IMG/VR virus record: IMGVR_UViG_2681813261_000010
Source of the DNA: a virus
Lineage: Duplodnaviria > Heunggongvirae > Uroviricota > Caudoviricetes
DNA: 18,665 nt
Reading direction: 5' to 3' (one strand)
Shown one piece after another: positions 1 through 8,276 of the stretch. How positions within the stretch are numbered: position 1 is the first letter of the stretch; each line of letters begins with the position of its first letter. The notes under the pieces are model-generated. The model saw only the letters and a program-made list of their open reading frames with translations. It was not told the origin of the DNA and ran no database searches. The translations under genes and the position numbers were made by a program.

Positions 1-123
1 CGGACAATCCAAATGGCGAATTACCGTCTTATATCACTGGCGCTGACATCTCCGGATGACGGGGGCAGCTGTTATCTCTGGCTCAACCGTGGGCAACCAC
101 CCGCAGTTAACCGGCGACGATAA
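1..123 (+). CDS. 3' end of a head-tail joining protein (lambda FII-like), partial
   Basis: Frame-1 translation from position 1 reads ...SPDDGGSCYLWLNRGQPPAVNRRR* with TAA at 121-123. The C-terminus resembles lambda gpFII as recalled, and the position just upstream of Z fits lambda synteny. Confidence 0.45.
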   Translation, partial: RTIQMANYRLISLALTSPDDGGSCYLWLNRGQPPAVNRRR

Positions 124-137
124 ACGCAGGGTGAATT

Positions 138-713
138 ATGGCGATAAAAGGGCTTGATCAGGCGATTGACAATCTGAACCGGGTTCGTAAAAACGCCATT
201 CCGGCTGCTTCTGCAATGACCATTAACCGCGTGGCCACAACGGCGATTAATCAGTCTTCGTCACAGGTTGCCCGGGAAACCAGGGTGAGACGGAAACTGG
301 TAAAGGAACGGTCCAGACTGAAACGGGCGACGGTCAGAAATCCGAATGCCAGAATTATCGTTAACCGCGGTGATCTCCCTGTGATTAAGCTGGGGATCAG
401 AATGCTGGGGCGTCGTCCGAACAGCATACTCAAAGCCGGTCAGCATCGTTATCAGCGGGCATTTATCCAGCGATTAAATAATGGGCGCTGGCATGTTATG
501 CAACGTCTTCCCCAGGCCAGATATGAGGAGGGCAATGACGACAAGGGAAGGAAAAAGCGTAATCGCCTTCCCATTCAGGTGGTGAAAATCCCGATGGCGG
601 CCCCACTGAAACAGGCATTTGATGAGAATGTTGACCGTATCCGGCGTGAACGCCTGCCTAAAGAACTGGCATACGCGCTGAAACAACAACTGAGGATTGC
701 GATAAAACGATGA
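138..713 (+). CDS. Z: Minor tail protein Z (tail completion)
   Basis: 191 aa ORF, MAIKGLDQAIDNL...[18 protein letters not shown], collinear with lambda gpZ. Its stop overlaps the U start (ATGA at 710-713), indicating translational coupling. Confidence 0.9.
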   Translation: MAIKGLDQAIDNLNRVRKNAIPAASAMTINRVATTAINQSSSQVARETRVRRKLVKERSRLKRATVRNPNARIIVNRGDLPVIKLGIRMLGRRPNSILKAGQHRYQRAFIQRLNNGRWHVMQRLPQARYEEGNDDKGRKKRNRLPIQVVKIPMAAPLKQAFDENVDRIRRERLPKELAYALKQQLRIAIKR

Positions 714-1105
714 AACACACTGACATTCGTGCCGCAGTGCTGGATGCACTCGAGCAGCATGAACACGGGGCGACGCTGTTTGATGGTCGCCCCGTTGTTT
801 TTGACGAAGAGGATTTTCCTGCGATCGCGGTTTATCTGACGGATGCAGAGTATACCGGTGAAGAGCTGGATGCAGATACCTGGCGGGCCACACTGCATAT
901 TGAGGTGTTTTTACCGGCACAGGTACCTGATTCGGAGCTCGATCAGTGGATGGAAAGCCGGATTTATCCGGCGATGACTGCGATCCCTGCACTGGCAGGA
1001 CTGATTACCACGATGGTTACGCAGGGCTATGAGTATCGTCGTGATGACGATATGGCGTTATGGAGCTCTGCGGATCTGACTTATTCCATTACATACGAGA
1101 TGTGA
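710..1105 (+). CDS. U: Tail terminator protein U
   Basis: 131 aa [31 protein letters not shown]...[13 protein letters not shown], same length and near-identical termini to lambda gpU. Confidence 0.92.
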   Translation: MKHTDIRAAVLDALEQHEHGATLFDGRPVVFDEEDFPAIAVYLTDAEYTGEELDADTWRATLHIEVFLPAQVPDSELDQWMESRIYPAMTAIPALAGLITTMVTQGYEYRRDDDMALWSSADLTYSITYEM

Positions 1106-1112
1106 GGACGAT

Positions 1113-1865
1113 ATGGCAACACCAAATCCCCTGGAGCCGGTAAAAGGTGCCGGTACCACTCTGTGGGTTTACAACGGCAAGGCTGATGCTTATGCAAACC
1201 CGTTGTCAGACGATGACTGGCAGCGACTGGCTAAGGTGAAGGATCTGACGCCGGGCGAGATGACGGCTGAATCCTATGATGATAACTACCTGGATGATGA
1301 AGACGCGGACTGGAGCGCGACCGGGCAGGGGCAGAAATCTGCAGGTGATACCAGTTTTACGCTGGCCTGGAAACCGGGAGAGGAAGGCCAGAAAGGGCTT
1401 ATAGGCTGGTTTGAAAGCGGCGATGTCCGGGCCTATAAAATCCGTTTTCCGAATGGCACGGTGGATGTGTTTCGTGGCTGGGTCAGCAGTATCGGTAAGG
1501 CCGTGACGGCGAAAGAAGTGATCACCCGCACGGTGAAAGTCACTAACGTGGGTAAACCTTCTGTAGCGGAAGAACGCAGCAAAATTACGCCGGTCAGTGC
1601 GATTAAGGTGACGCCGACATCCGGTACGGTGGCAAAAGGGAAAACAACCACCCTGACGGTTTCTTTTGAGCCGGAAAGTGCAACCGACAAGACGTTCAGA
1701 GCGGTTTCCGCCGATCCGTCGAAAGCCACCATTAGTGTGAAAGATATGACAATTACGGTAAACGGCGTGGCGACAGGTAAGGTGCAGATCCCTGTGGTGA
1801 GCGGAAATGGTCAGTTCGCCGCAGTGGCTGAAGTCACCGTTACTGAAGCGGGCGCTGCAGGGTAA
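1113..1865 (+). CDS. V: Major tail tube protein V with C-terminal Ig-like domain
   Basis: 250 aa ORF with lambda gpV motifs ([47 protein letters not shown]). The C-terminal ~90 aa ([28 protein letters not shown]...) has a Big_2-like pattern. GGAGG Shine-Dalgarno lies upstream of the following gene. Confidence 0.93.
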   Translation: MATPNPLEPVKGAGTTLWVYNGKADAYANPLSDDDWQRLAKVKDLTPGEMTAESYDDNYLDDEDADWSATGQGQKSAGDTSFTLAWKPGEEGQKGLIGWFESGDVRAYKIRFPNGTVDVFRGWVSSIGKAVTAKEVITRTVKVTNVGKPSVAEERSKITPVSAIKVTPTSGTVAKGKTTTLTVSFEPESATDKTFRAVSADPSKATISVKDMTITVNGVATGKVQIPVVSGNGQFAAVAEVTVTEAGAAG

Positions 1866-1878
1866 ACGGAGGTAATAC

Positions 1879-2310
1879 ATGTTTCTGAAAACAGAACAAT
1901 TTGAATATAACGGTGTGTCTGTCACGCTTTCCGAATTGTCTGCGCTGCAGCGTATCGAGCATCTTGCCCTCCTGAAACGGCGTGCAGAACAGGCAGAATC
2001 CAGCGGCAACCTGCAGGTAAGCGTGGAAGATCTCGTCAGAACCGGCGCGTTTCTGGTGGCGATGTCCCTGTGGCATAACCATCCACAGAAAACGCAGTCA
2101 CCGTCAATGAATGAGGCCGTGATGAAGATAGAGCAGGAAGTGCTCACCACCTGGCCTGCCGATGCCATTGCCCGGGCGGAAGACGTGGTGTTGTGCCTGT
2201 CCGGGATGATCGAAGCTGTTCGTCCGGATACTGATATTACTGAAGTGGCGAAAAATAACACGCTGACTGATGATGATTTTTCTGCGGGAAAGTCTTCGAC
2301 GGCGAGCTGA
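1879..2310 (+). CDS. G: Tail assembly chaperone G
   Basis: 143 aa ORF, MFLKTEQFEYNGVSVTLSELSALQRIEHLALLKRRAEQ..., matches lambda gpG. GGAGG Shine-Dalgarno 8 nt upstream. Contains the slippery heptamer near its 3' end. Confidence 0.9.
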   Translation: MFLKTEQFEYNGVSVTLSELSALQRIEHLALLKRRAEQAESSGNLQVSVEDLVRTGAFLVAMSLWHNHPQKTQSPSMNEAVMKIEQEVLTTWPADAIARAEDVVLCLSGMIEAVRPDTDITEVAKNNTLTDDDFSAGKSSTAS

Positions 2311-2750
2311 ACTTTGCCCTCAGACTGGCGCGTGAGATGGGGAGACCCGACTGGCGCGCCATGCTTGCCGGGATGACATCCACCGAATATGCCGACTGGC
2401 GCCGTTTTTACCGCACGCATTATTTTCAGGATACCCAGCTGGATATGCATTTTTCCGGGCTGACGTACGCTGTACTCAGCCTGTTTTTTTGCGATCCGGA
2501 TATGCATCCCTCTGATTTCAGTCTGCTTGTCCCCCGGCATGAGGAAGAGCAGGTGGAGAGGCCGGATGAGGACAAAATGCTGATGCAGAAAGCGGCAGGA
2601 CTTGCCGGAGGCGTCCGGTTCGGTGGGGACGGAGGGCGCGATATTTTATCGTCTGCGGATGTGGCGGATGTCATGGTGGATGATGCCGCATTAATGATGG
2701 CTTCAGCGGGGATTCCGGGAGGTGTGAGATATGTCCCAGCCGGTTGGTGA
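1879..2750 (+). CDS. Tail assembly chaperone G-T fusion, produced by -1 programmed ribosomal frameshift at 2286-2292
   Basis: The T-like ORF (2337-2750, MGRPDWRAMLAGMTSTEYADWRRFY...) has no credible start of its own and lies exactly in the -1 frame relative to G. The heptamer G_GGA_AAG sits in the G zero frame at 2286-2292. Confidence 0.8.
2286..2292 (+). promoter_or_regulatory. -1 programmed ribosomal frameshift slippery site GGGAAAG (G to G-T)
   Basis: GCG GGA AAG in the G frame, identical to the lambda G-T slippery heptamer as recalled; the downstream -1 frame stays open to 2750. Confidence 0.75.
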
Positions 2751-5304
2751 TCTTGTTATTGACCTGAGTCTGGATGCTGTCCGTTTCGATGAGCAGATGA
2801 GCCGGGTAAGGCGTCATTTTTCAGGTCTGGATACCGACGCCAGAAAAACCGCCAGTGCTGTTGAACAGGGCCTGAGCCGCCAGGCGCTGGCTGCACAAAA
2901 AGCCGGGATTTCCGTCGGGCAGTATAAAGCGGCCATGCGAACCCTGCCCGCACAGTTTACGGATATCGCCACGCAGCTTGCCGGTGGTCAGAATCCCTGG
3001 CTGATCCTGCTGCAACAGGGCGGTCAGGTGAAGGACTCCTTCGGCGGGATGATCCCCATGTTCAGGGGGCTTGCCGATGCGATCACCCTGCCGATGGTCG
3101 GGGTCACCTCGCTGGCGGTGGCGACAGGTGCACTGGTGTACGCCTGGTACCAGGGAGATTCCACGCTTTCAGCGTTTAATAAAACCCTGGTTCTTTCCGG
3201 TAATCAGTCCGGACTGACTGCCGATCGTATGCTGACTCTCTCAAGAGCCGGGCAGGCAGCAGGGCTGACGTTTAACCAGGCGAGAGAGTCACTGGCAGCC
3301 CTGGTGAATGCCGGTGTGCGTGGTGGTGAACAGTTTGATGCCATCAACCAGAGTGTCGCGCGTTTTGCGTCTGCATCCGGTGTGGAGGTGGATAAAGTCG
3401 CTGAAGCCTTCGGGAAGCTGACCACTGACCCGACGTCGGGACTGATGGCGATGGCGCGCCAGTTCCGTAACGTGACGGCAGAGCAGATTGCGTATGTTGC
3501 ACAGCTGCAGCGTTCCGGAGACGAGGCCGGGGCATTGCAGGCGGCGAACGATATCGCCACGAAAGGCTTTGATGAGCAGACCCGTCGCCTGAAAGAAAAC
3601 ATGGGAACACTGGAGACCTGGGCGGATAAAACAGGGAAGGCATTCAAATCGATGTGGGATGCCATTCTGGATATCGGTCGTCCGGAATCCTCAGCGGATA
3701 TGCTCGCCAGTGCGCAGAAGGCATTTGATGAGGCGGATAAAAAATGGCAGTGGTACCAGAGTCGGAGCCAGCGCCGCGGTAAAACCTCCTCTTTCCGGGC
3801 CAACCTTCAGGGCGCATGGGATGACCGGGAAAATGCCCGTCTGGGTCTGGCAGCGGCAACGCTGCAGTCGGATATGGAAAAAGCCGGTGAACTGGCGGCA
3901 AGGGACAGGGCTGAGCGTGAGTCGTCACAGCTGAAGTATACCGGAGAGGCGCAGAAGGCGTATGAGCGCCTGCTGACGCCACTGGAGAAATATACCGCCC
4001 GGCAGGAAGAGCTGAATAAGGCCCTGAAAGACGGGAAAATCCTGCAGGCGGATTACAACACGCTGATGGCGTCGGCAAAAAAGGATTATGAGTCGACGCA
4101 GAAAAAGCCGTCCGGTGTGAAGGTGTCTGCCGGTGAGCGCCAGGAAGACCAGGCGCATGCAGCCCTGCTGGCGCTTGAAACTGAGCTCAGGACGCTGGAG
4201 AAGCACAGCGGTGCGAATGAAAAAATCAGCCAGCAGCGCCGTGATTTATGGAAAGCGGAAAATCAGTATGTGGTCCTGAAAGAGGCCGCCACGAAACGGC
4301 AGTTATCTGAGCAGGAAAAATCCCTGCTGGCCCATGAGAAAGAAACGCTGGAGTACAAACGCCAGCTGGCTGAGCTGGGCGACAAGATTGAACACCAGAA
4401 ACGGCTGAATGAGCTGGCACAGCAGGCGGCGCGGTTTGAACAGCAGCAGAGCGCGAAGCAGGCGGCAATCAGCGCAAAAGCCCGCGGACTCACCGACCGT
4501 CAGGCGCAGCGGGAGTCGGAAGAGCAGCGCCTTCGTGAGGTGTACGGTGATAATCCGGCTGCGCTGGCGAAGGCCACATCTGCACTGAAGAACACCTGGT
4601 CTGCGGAGGAGCAGCTTCGTGGAAGCTGGATGGCCGGGATGAAGTCCGGCTGGGGCGAGTGGGCGGAAAGTGCGACGGACAGTTTTTCGCAGGTTAAAAA
4701 CGCGGCCACGCAGACCTTTGACGGTATTGCACAGAATATGGCAGCGATGCTGATCGGCAGCGAACAGAACTGGCGTGGTTTCACCCGTTCTGTGCTGTCC
4801 ATGCTGACAGAGATTTTTCTGAAGCAGGCGATGGTGGGGATAGTCGGGAGTATCGGCAGCGCCATTGGCGGTGCTTTCGGTGGTGGTGCGTCTGCCTCCA
4901 CGGGGACGGCCATTCAGGCTGCGGCGGCGAACTTCCATTTCGCGACCGGGGGATTTACGGGGACGGGGGGTAAATATGAACCTGCGGGGATTGTTCATCG
5001 CGGGGAGTTTGTCTTCACGAAGGAGGCGACCAGCCGGATTGGTGTCGGCAATCTGTACCGCCTGATGCGGGGCTATGCGGAAGGTGGTTATGTCGGCGGT
5101 GCCGGAAGTCCGGCGCAGATGCGGCGGGCGGAAGGCATTAATTTTAATCAGAACAATCACGTGGTGATTCAGAACGACGGCCCCAACGGGCGGGCAGGGC
5201 CGCAGCTGATGAAAGCGGTGTATGAGATGGCCCGCAAGGGGGCACAGGATGAACTCCGGCTGCAGTTGCGTGATGGCGGTATGTTATCAGGGAGCGGTGG
5301 ATGA
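2731..5304 (+). CDS. H: Tail tape measure protein H
   Basis: 857 aa ORF, MSQPVGDLVIDLSLDAVRFDEQMSRVRRHF...; long coiled-coil-like Ala/Gln/Glu-rich centre and Gly-rich C-terminus (GSIGSAIGGAFGGGASASTGTA). Collinear with lambda gpH (853 aa). Confidence 0.95.
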   Translation: MSQPVGDLVIDLSLDAVRFDEQMSRVRRHFSGLDTDARKTASAVEQGLSRQALAAQKAGISVGQYKAAMRTLPAQFTDIATQLAGGQNPWLILLQQGGQVKDSFGGMIPMFRGLADAITLPMVGVTSLAVATGALVYAWYQGDSTLSAFNKTLVLSGNQSGLTADRMLTLSRAGQAAGLTFNQARESLAALVNAGVRGGEQFDAINQSVARFASASGVEVDKVAEAFGKLTTDPTSGLMAMARQFRNVTAEQIAYVAQLQRSGDEAGALQAANDIATKGFDEQTRRLKENMGTLETWADKTGKAFKSMWDAILDIGRPESSADMLASAQKAFDEADKKWQWYQSRSQRRGKTSSFRANLQGAWDDRENARLGLAAATLQSDMEKAGELAARDRAERESSQLKYTGEAQKAYERLLTPLEKYTARQEELNKALKDGKILQADYNTLMASAKKDYESTQKKPSGVKVSAGERQEDQAHAALLALETELRTLEKHSGANEKISQQRRDLWKAENQYVVLKEAATKRQLSEQEKSLLAHEKETLEYKRQLAELGDKIEHQKRLNELAQQAARFEQQQSAKQAAISAKARGLTDRQAQRESEEQRLREVYGDNPAALAKATSALKNTWSAEEQLRGSWMAGMKSGWGEWAESATDSFSQVKNAATQTFDGIAQNMAAMLIGSEQNWRGFTRSVLSMLTEIFLKQAMVGIVGSIGSAIGGAFGGGASASTGTAIQAAAANFHFATGGFTGTGGKYEPAGIVHRGEFVFTKEATSRIGVGNLYRLMRGYAEGGYVGGAGSPAQMRRAEGINFNQNNHVVIQNDGPNGRAGPQLMKAVYEMARKGAQDELRLQLRDGGMLSGSGG

Positions 5305-5630
5305 AAACCTTTCGCTGGAAAGTGAAGCCGGATATGGAGGTGAACTCGCAGCCATCGGTGCGTGAAGTGCGTTTTGGTGACGGGTACTCACAGCGTATGG
5401 CGGCAGGGCTGAATGCTGACCTGAAAACATACAGGGTGACGCTTTCCGTGACCCGGGAGGAGGCCCGGCATCTGGAAGCGTTCCTGGCAGAGCACGGTGG
5501 CTGGAAGGCATTTTTGTGGAAGCCACCCTATGCATACCGGCAGATAAAGGTGACCTGTGCCGGGTGGTCTGCGCGGGTCGGGATGTTGCGCGTTGAGTTC
5601 AGCGCGGAGTTTAAGCAGGTGGTGAACTGA
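5301..5630 (+). CDS. M: Minor tail protein M
   Basis: 109 aa ORF, MKTFRWKVKPDMEVNSQPSVREVRFGDGYSQR...VEFSAEFKQVVN, matches lambda gpM. Start overlaps the H stop (ATGA). Confidence 0.92.
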   Translation: MKTFRWKVKPDMEVNSQPSVREVRFGDGYSQRMAAGLNADLKTYRVTLSVTREEARHLEAFLAEHGGWKAFLWKPPYAYRQIKVTCAGWSARVGMLRVEFSAEFKQVVN

Positions 5631-6328
5631 TGCAGGATATTCGCGAAGAAAGTCTGAACGAGTCGGTTAAGTCAGAGCAGTCACCGCGGGTGGTACTCTG
5701 GGAAATCGACCTGACGGTACAGGGTGGTGAGCGGTATTTTTTCTGTAATGAGCTGAATGAAAAAGGGGAGCCGGTCACCTGGCAGGGGCGTAAGTATGAG
5801 GCATACCCGATTGACGGCAGCGGCTTTGAGATGAACGGCCGGGGCAGCAGTGCCAGACCGTCGCTGACGGTGTCCAATCTGTTCGGTCTGGTCACCGGGA
5901 TGGCGGAAGACCTGCAGAGTCTGGTGGGGGCCACGGTGGTCCGCCGCCGGGTGTATGCCCGTTTTCTGGATGCGGTGAATTTCGTTGCGGGCAATCCGGA
6001 GGCGGACCCGGAGCAGGAGCTGAGTGACCGCTGGGTGGTGGAGCAGATGTCGCAGCTGACAGCCATGACGGCCTCGTTTGTGCTGGCTACACCGACCGAG
6101 ACGGACGGGGCGCTGTTTCCCGGTCGCATCATGCTGGCGAACACCTGTATGTGGGATTACCGGGGAGATGAATGCGGGTATAACGGTCCTGCGGTGGCGG
6201 ATGAGTTCGACAACCCCACCACGGATATCCGTAAGGACAGATGCAGCAAGTGCATGCGCGGGTGTGAACTGCGCAGGAATGTCGGCAATTTTGGCGGTTT
6301 CCTTTCCATTAATAAACTTTCGCAGTAA
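5630..6328 (+). CDS. L: Minor tail protein L
   Basis: 232 aa ORF, MQDIREESLNESVKSEQSPRVVLWEIDLT...NVGNFGGFLSINKLSQ, with a C-terminal cysteine cluster (CMWDYRGDECGYNG...CSKCMRGC). Lambda gpL-like. Confidence 0.93.
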   Translation: MQDIREESLNESVKSEQSPRVVLWEIDLTVQGGERYFFCNELNEKGEPVTWQGRKYEAYPIDGSGFEMNGRGSSARPSLTVSNLFGLVTGMAEDLQSLVGATVVRRRVYARFLDAVNFVAGNPEADPEQELSDRWVVEQMSQLTAMTASFVLATPTETDGALFPGRIMLANTCMWDYRGDECGYNGPAVADEFDNPTTDIRKDRCSKCMRGCELRRNVGNFGGFLSINKLSQ

Positions 6329-6338
6329 ATCCCGGTTT

Positions 6339-7082
6339 ATGACACAGACTGAATCAGCGATTCTGGCACATGCCCGGCGGTGTGCGCCTGCGGAGTCGTG
6401 CGGCTTCGTGATAAGCACGCCGGAGGGGGAGCGGTATATCCCTTGTGTGAATATTTCCGCAGAGCCGGAGGCGTATTTTCGTATCGCACCGGAAGACTGG
6501 CTGCGGGCAGAGATGCAGGGGGAGATTGTGGCACTGGTCCACAGTCATCCCGGTGGGCTGCCCTGGCTGAGCGAGGCTGACCGGCGGTTGCAGATAAAAA
6601 GCGCACTGCCCTGGTGGTTGGTCTGCCGGGGTGACATTCACAAATTCCGCTGTGTGCCACATCTGACAGGACGGCGCTTTGAGCACGGGGTGACGGACTG
6701 TTACACGCTGTTCCGGGATGCTTATCATCTGGCGGGGACTGAAATGCCGGATTTTCATCGCGAGGATGACTGGTGGCGCAACGGTCAGAACCTTTACCTG
6801 GACAATATGGCGGTCACCGGCTTTTACCGGGTGCCCCTGTCCTCTGCACAGGCGGGCGATATTCTGCTGTGCTGCTTTGGTGCTTCGGTACCGAACCATG
6901 CCGCCATTTACTGCGGCAACGGTGAGCTGCTTCACCATCTGCCTGAACAACTGAGTAAACGGGAGAGGTATTCCGAAAAATGGCAACGACGAACGCATTC
7001 AGTCTGGCGTCACCGCCACTGGCACGCATCTGCCTTCACGGGGATTTACAACGATTTGGCCGCCGCCTCAGCCTGTATGTGA
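6339..7082 (+). CDS. K: Tail tip assembly protein K (JAB/MPN metalloprotease domain plus NlpC/P60 domain), long form
   Basis: 247 aa from ATG 6339, MTQTESAILAHARRCAPAESCGFVIS.... JAMM motif HSHPGGLPWLSEAD at 6540-6581 (H-x-H-x7-S-x2-D). NlpC/P60-like Cys in GVTDCYTLF and His in PNHAAIY. The 3' end overlaps I by 103 nt. Confidence 0.85.
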   Translation: MTQTESAILAHARRCAPAESCGFVISTPEGERYIPCVNISAEPEAYFRIAPEDWLRAEMQGEIVALVHSHPGGLPWLSEADRRLQIKSALPWWLVCRGDIHKFRCVPHLTGRRFEHGVTDCYTLFRDAYHLAGTEMPDFHREDDWWRNGQNLYLDNMAVTGFYRVPLSSAQAGDILLCCFGASVPNHAAIYCGNGELLHHLPEQLSKRERYSEKWQRRTHSVWRHRHWHASAFTGIYNDLAAASACM

Positions 7083-7660
7083 ACACGGCAGCGGAAGCCA
7101 TTCGCGCCCTGTCGATGCAGATGCCGGGCTTTCGCCGTCAGATGAACGAAGGCTGGTACCAGATACGTATTGCCGGTTATGACACGGCACCGGAGGCGGT
7201 GTACGCCCGTCTTCACGAACAGCTGGGTGAGGGAACGGTCATCCACATTGTGCCGCGACTGGCCGGGGCCGGAAAGGGTGGACTGCAGATTGTGCTGGGG
7301 GCGGCAGCCATCGTGGGCTCTTTCTTCACTGCCGGGGCATCAATGGCGTTATGGGGTTCAGCCCTGGCAGCCGGTGGTTTTTCTGCCACCACGATGCTGT
7401 TTTCACTTGGAGCCAGCATGATTCTGGGCGGTGTGGCCCAGATGCTGGCCCCGAAGGCAAAAACACCGGATTACCGCGCAACGGATAACGGCAGACAGAA
7501 CACGTACTTTTCCTCACTGGATAACATGATTGCCCAGGGGAACCCGATGCCGGTGCCTTACGGGGAAATGCTGGTTGGCTCCCGCCGTATATCCCAGGAC
7601 ATCAGCACCCGTGATGAAGGCGGGGGCGGAAAGGTCGTGGTTATCGGGCGGCAGGGGTAA
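6980..7660 (+). CDS. I: Tail tip assembly protein I (N-terminal ubiquitin-like domain ending in GG)
   Basis: 226 aa ORF, MATTNAFSLASPPLARICLHGDLQRFGRRL...; Gly-Gly at residues 100-101 (AGAGKGG), followed by a hydrophobic Gly/Ala-rich segment. Collinear with lambda gpI. Confidence 0.9.
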   Translation: MATTNAFSLASPPLARICLHGDLQRFGRRLSLYVNTAAEAIRALSMQMPGFRRQMNEGWYQIRIAGYDTAPEAVYARLHEQLGEGTVIHIVPRLAGAGKGGLQIVLGAAAIVGSFFTAGASMALWGSALAAGGFSATTMLFSLGASMILGGVAQMLAPKAKTPDYRATDNGRQNTYFSSLDNMIAQGNPMPVPYGEMLVGSRRISQDISTRDEGGGGKVVVIGRQG

Positions 7661-7667
7661 AAAGAAT

Positions 7668-7764
7668 AAAAAAATCCCGCAGTGATCGCGGACAGGAACT
7701 GCGGGAGAGTTACGAAGATTAAGTGTAAGGAATTATTCTTATATCACGACAAAAAAATTAACGC
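7668..7764 (-). ncRNA. Candidate ~95 nt small RNA (moron) between I and J, with no ORF
   Basis: The interval is bounded by the predicted minus-strand promoter and the minus-strand intrinsic terminator. It contains no ATG-initiated ORF longer than 2 codons and lies in an AT-rich insertion that lambda lacks (from memory). Confidence 0.3.
7676..7705 (-). terminator. Intrinsic terminator, minus-strand orientation (stem cccgcagt/actgcggg, 14 nt loop, 7-U tract)
   Basis: Perfect 8 bp GC-rich inverted repeat at 7676-7683 and 7698-7705. On the minus strand it is followed directly by UUUUUUU (plus-strand A-run 7668-7674). No U tract follows on the plus strand. Confidence 0.55.
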
Positions 7765-7770
7765 AGAGAA

Positions 7771-7798
7771 ATTATACGCGCCACAGTCAGTTTGTGAA
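7771..7798 (-). promoter_or_regulatory. Candidate sigma70 promoter on the minus strand (-35 TTCACA, 16 nt spacer, -10 TATAAT)
   Basis: Minus-strand TATAAT corresponds to plus 7776-7771; TTCACA corresponds to plus 7798-7793; spacer is 16 nt. Predicted transcription start near 7764, directed leftward toward the 7676-7705 terminator. Confidence 0.4.
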
Positions 7799-7873
7799 AA
7801 TGTGAAGATATTCAGAATTTTTATGCCATTACCGGTTTTAACCAACAGGATTATCGGTGGGCATGAAAGAAAA

Positions 7874-7906
7874 CCCCGGTATCTGCTGATACCGGGGTTT
7901 CTCTTT
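7874..7906. terminator. Bidirectional intrinsic terminator-like hairpin upstream of J
   Basis: 10 bp perfect inverted repeat ccccggtatc / gataccgggg with 4 nt loop (7874-7897). Followed by tttctcttt on the plus strand and preceded by gaaagaaaa, which gives a U tract on the minus strand. Confidence 0.5.
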
Positions 7907-8276
7907 AGCATGGCAGAAATGTGTTTCATGCTTTTCGGGCGAAGGATATCCGACTTCTGTACGGAATGGCAAGTGGCGGTTAATTTATTCAGGGGAAGGC
8001 TGTATGGGAAAAGGTGGCGGTAAGGCACACACGCCTCGTGAGGCGAAGGATAATCTCAAATCCACGCAGATGATGAGCGTGATTGATGCGATTGGTGAGG
8101 GACTGATAGAAGGTCCGGTGAAGGGACTGCAGAGTATCCTGGTGAACAAAACCCCGCTGACGGACACGGACGGTAATCCCGTGATACACGGTGTGACGGC
8201 GGTCTGACGCGCCGGGGAGCAGGAGCAGACACCACCGGAAGGCTTTGAGTCCTCCGGTGCTGAAACCGGACTGGGC

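Noticed and set aside
1206-2540. 444 aa minus-strand ORF antisense to V, G and T
   Set aside because: It fully overlaps three well-supported + strand tail genes, and its translation is Arg/Cys/His-rich with no protein-like pattern. It is an antisense artefact of GC-rich coding sequence.
4303-5160. 285 aa + strand ORF in an alternative frame inside H
   Set aside because: Alternative frame of the tape measure gene; Arg/Pro-rich translation typical of an out-of-frame read of GC-rich sequence.
7791-7806. Tandem TGTGA motifs (tttgtgaaaatgtgaag) as a CRP or other regulator site
   Set aside because: The two TGTGA copies are direct rather than inverted repeats and the spacing does not fit the CRP consensus TGTGA-N6-TCACA. 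The element overlaps the predicted minus-strand -35 and is more simply part of that promoter.
7907-7935. Third inverted repeat (agcatg...catgct) just upstream of J
   Set aside because: Only 6 bp arms with a 14 nt loop and no adjacent U tract; too weak to call a terminator or operator from sequence alone.
7682-8023. 113 aa + ORF and 94 aa minus ORF spanning the I-J intergenic insertion
   Set aside because: Both run through the terminator hairpins and the predicted promoter, lack a Shine-Dalgarno sequence, and overlap the J start. The region is better explained as non-coding.
8205-8207. Possible selenocysteine recoding of the in-frame TGA in J
   Set aside because: No SECIS-like hairpin is apparent immediately downstream, and a selenoprotein tail fibre has no precedent. 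Nonsense mutation, leaky stop or sequencing error are more plausible.
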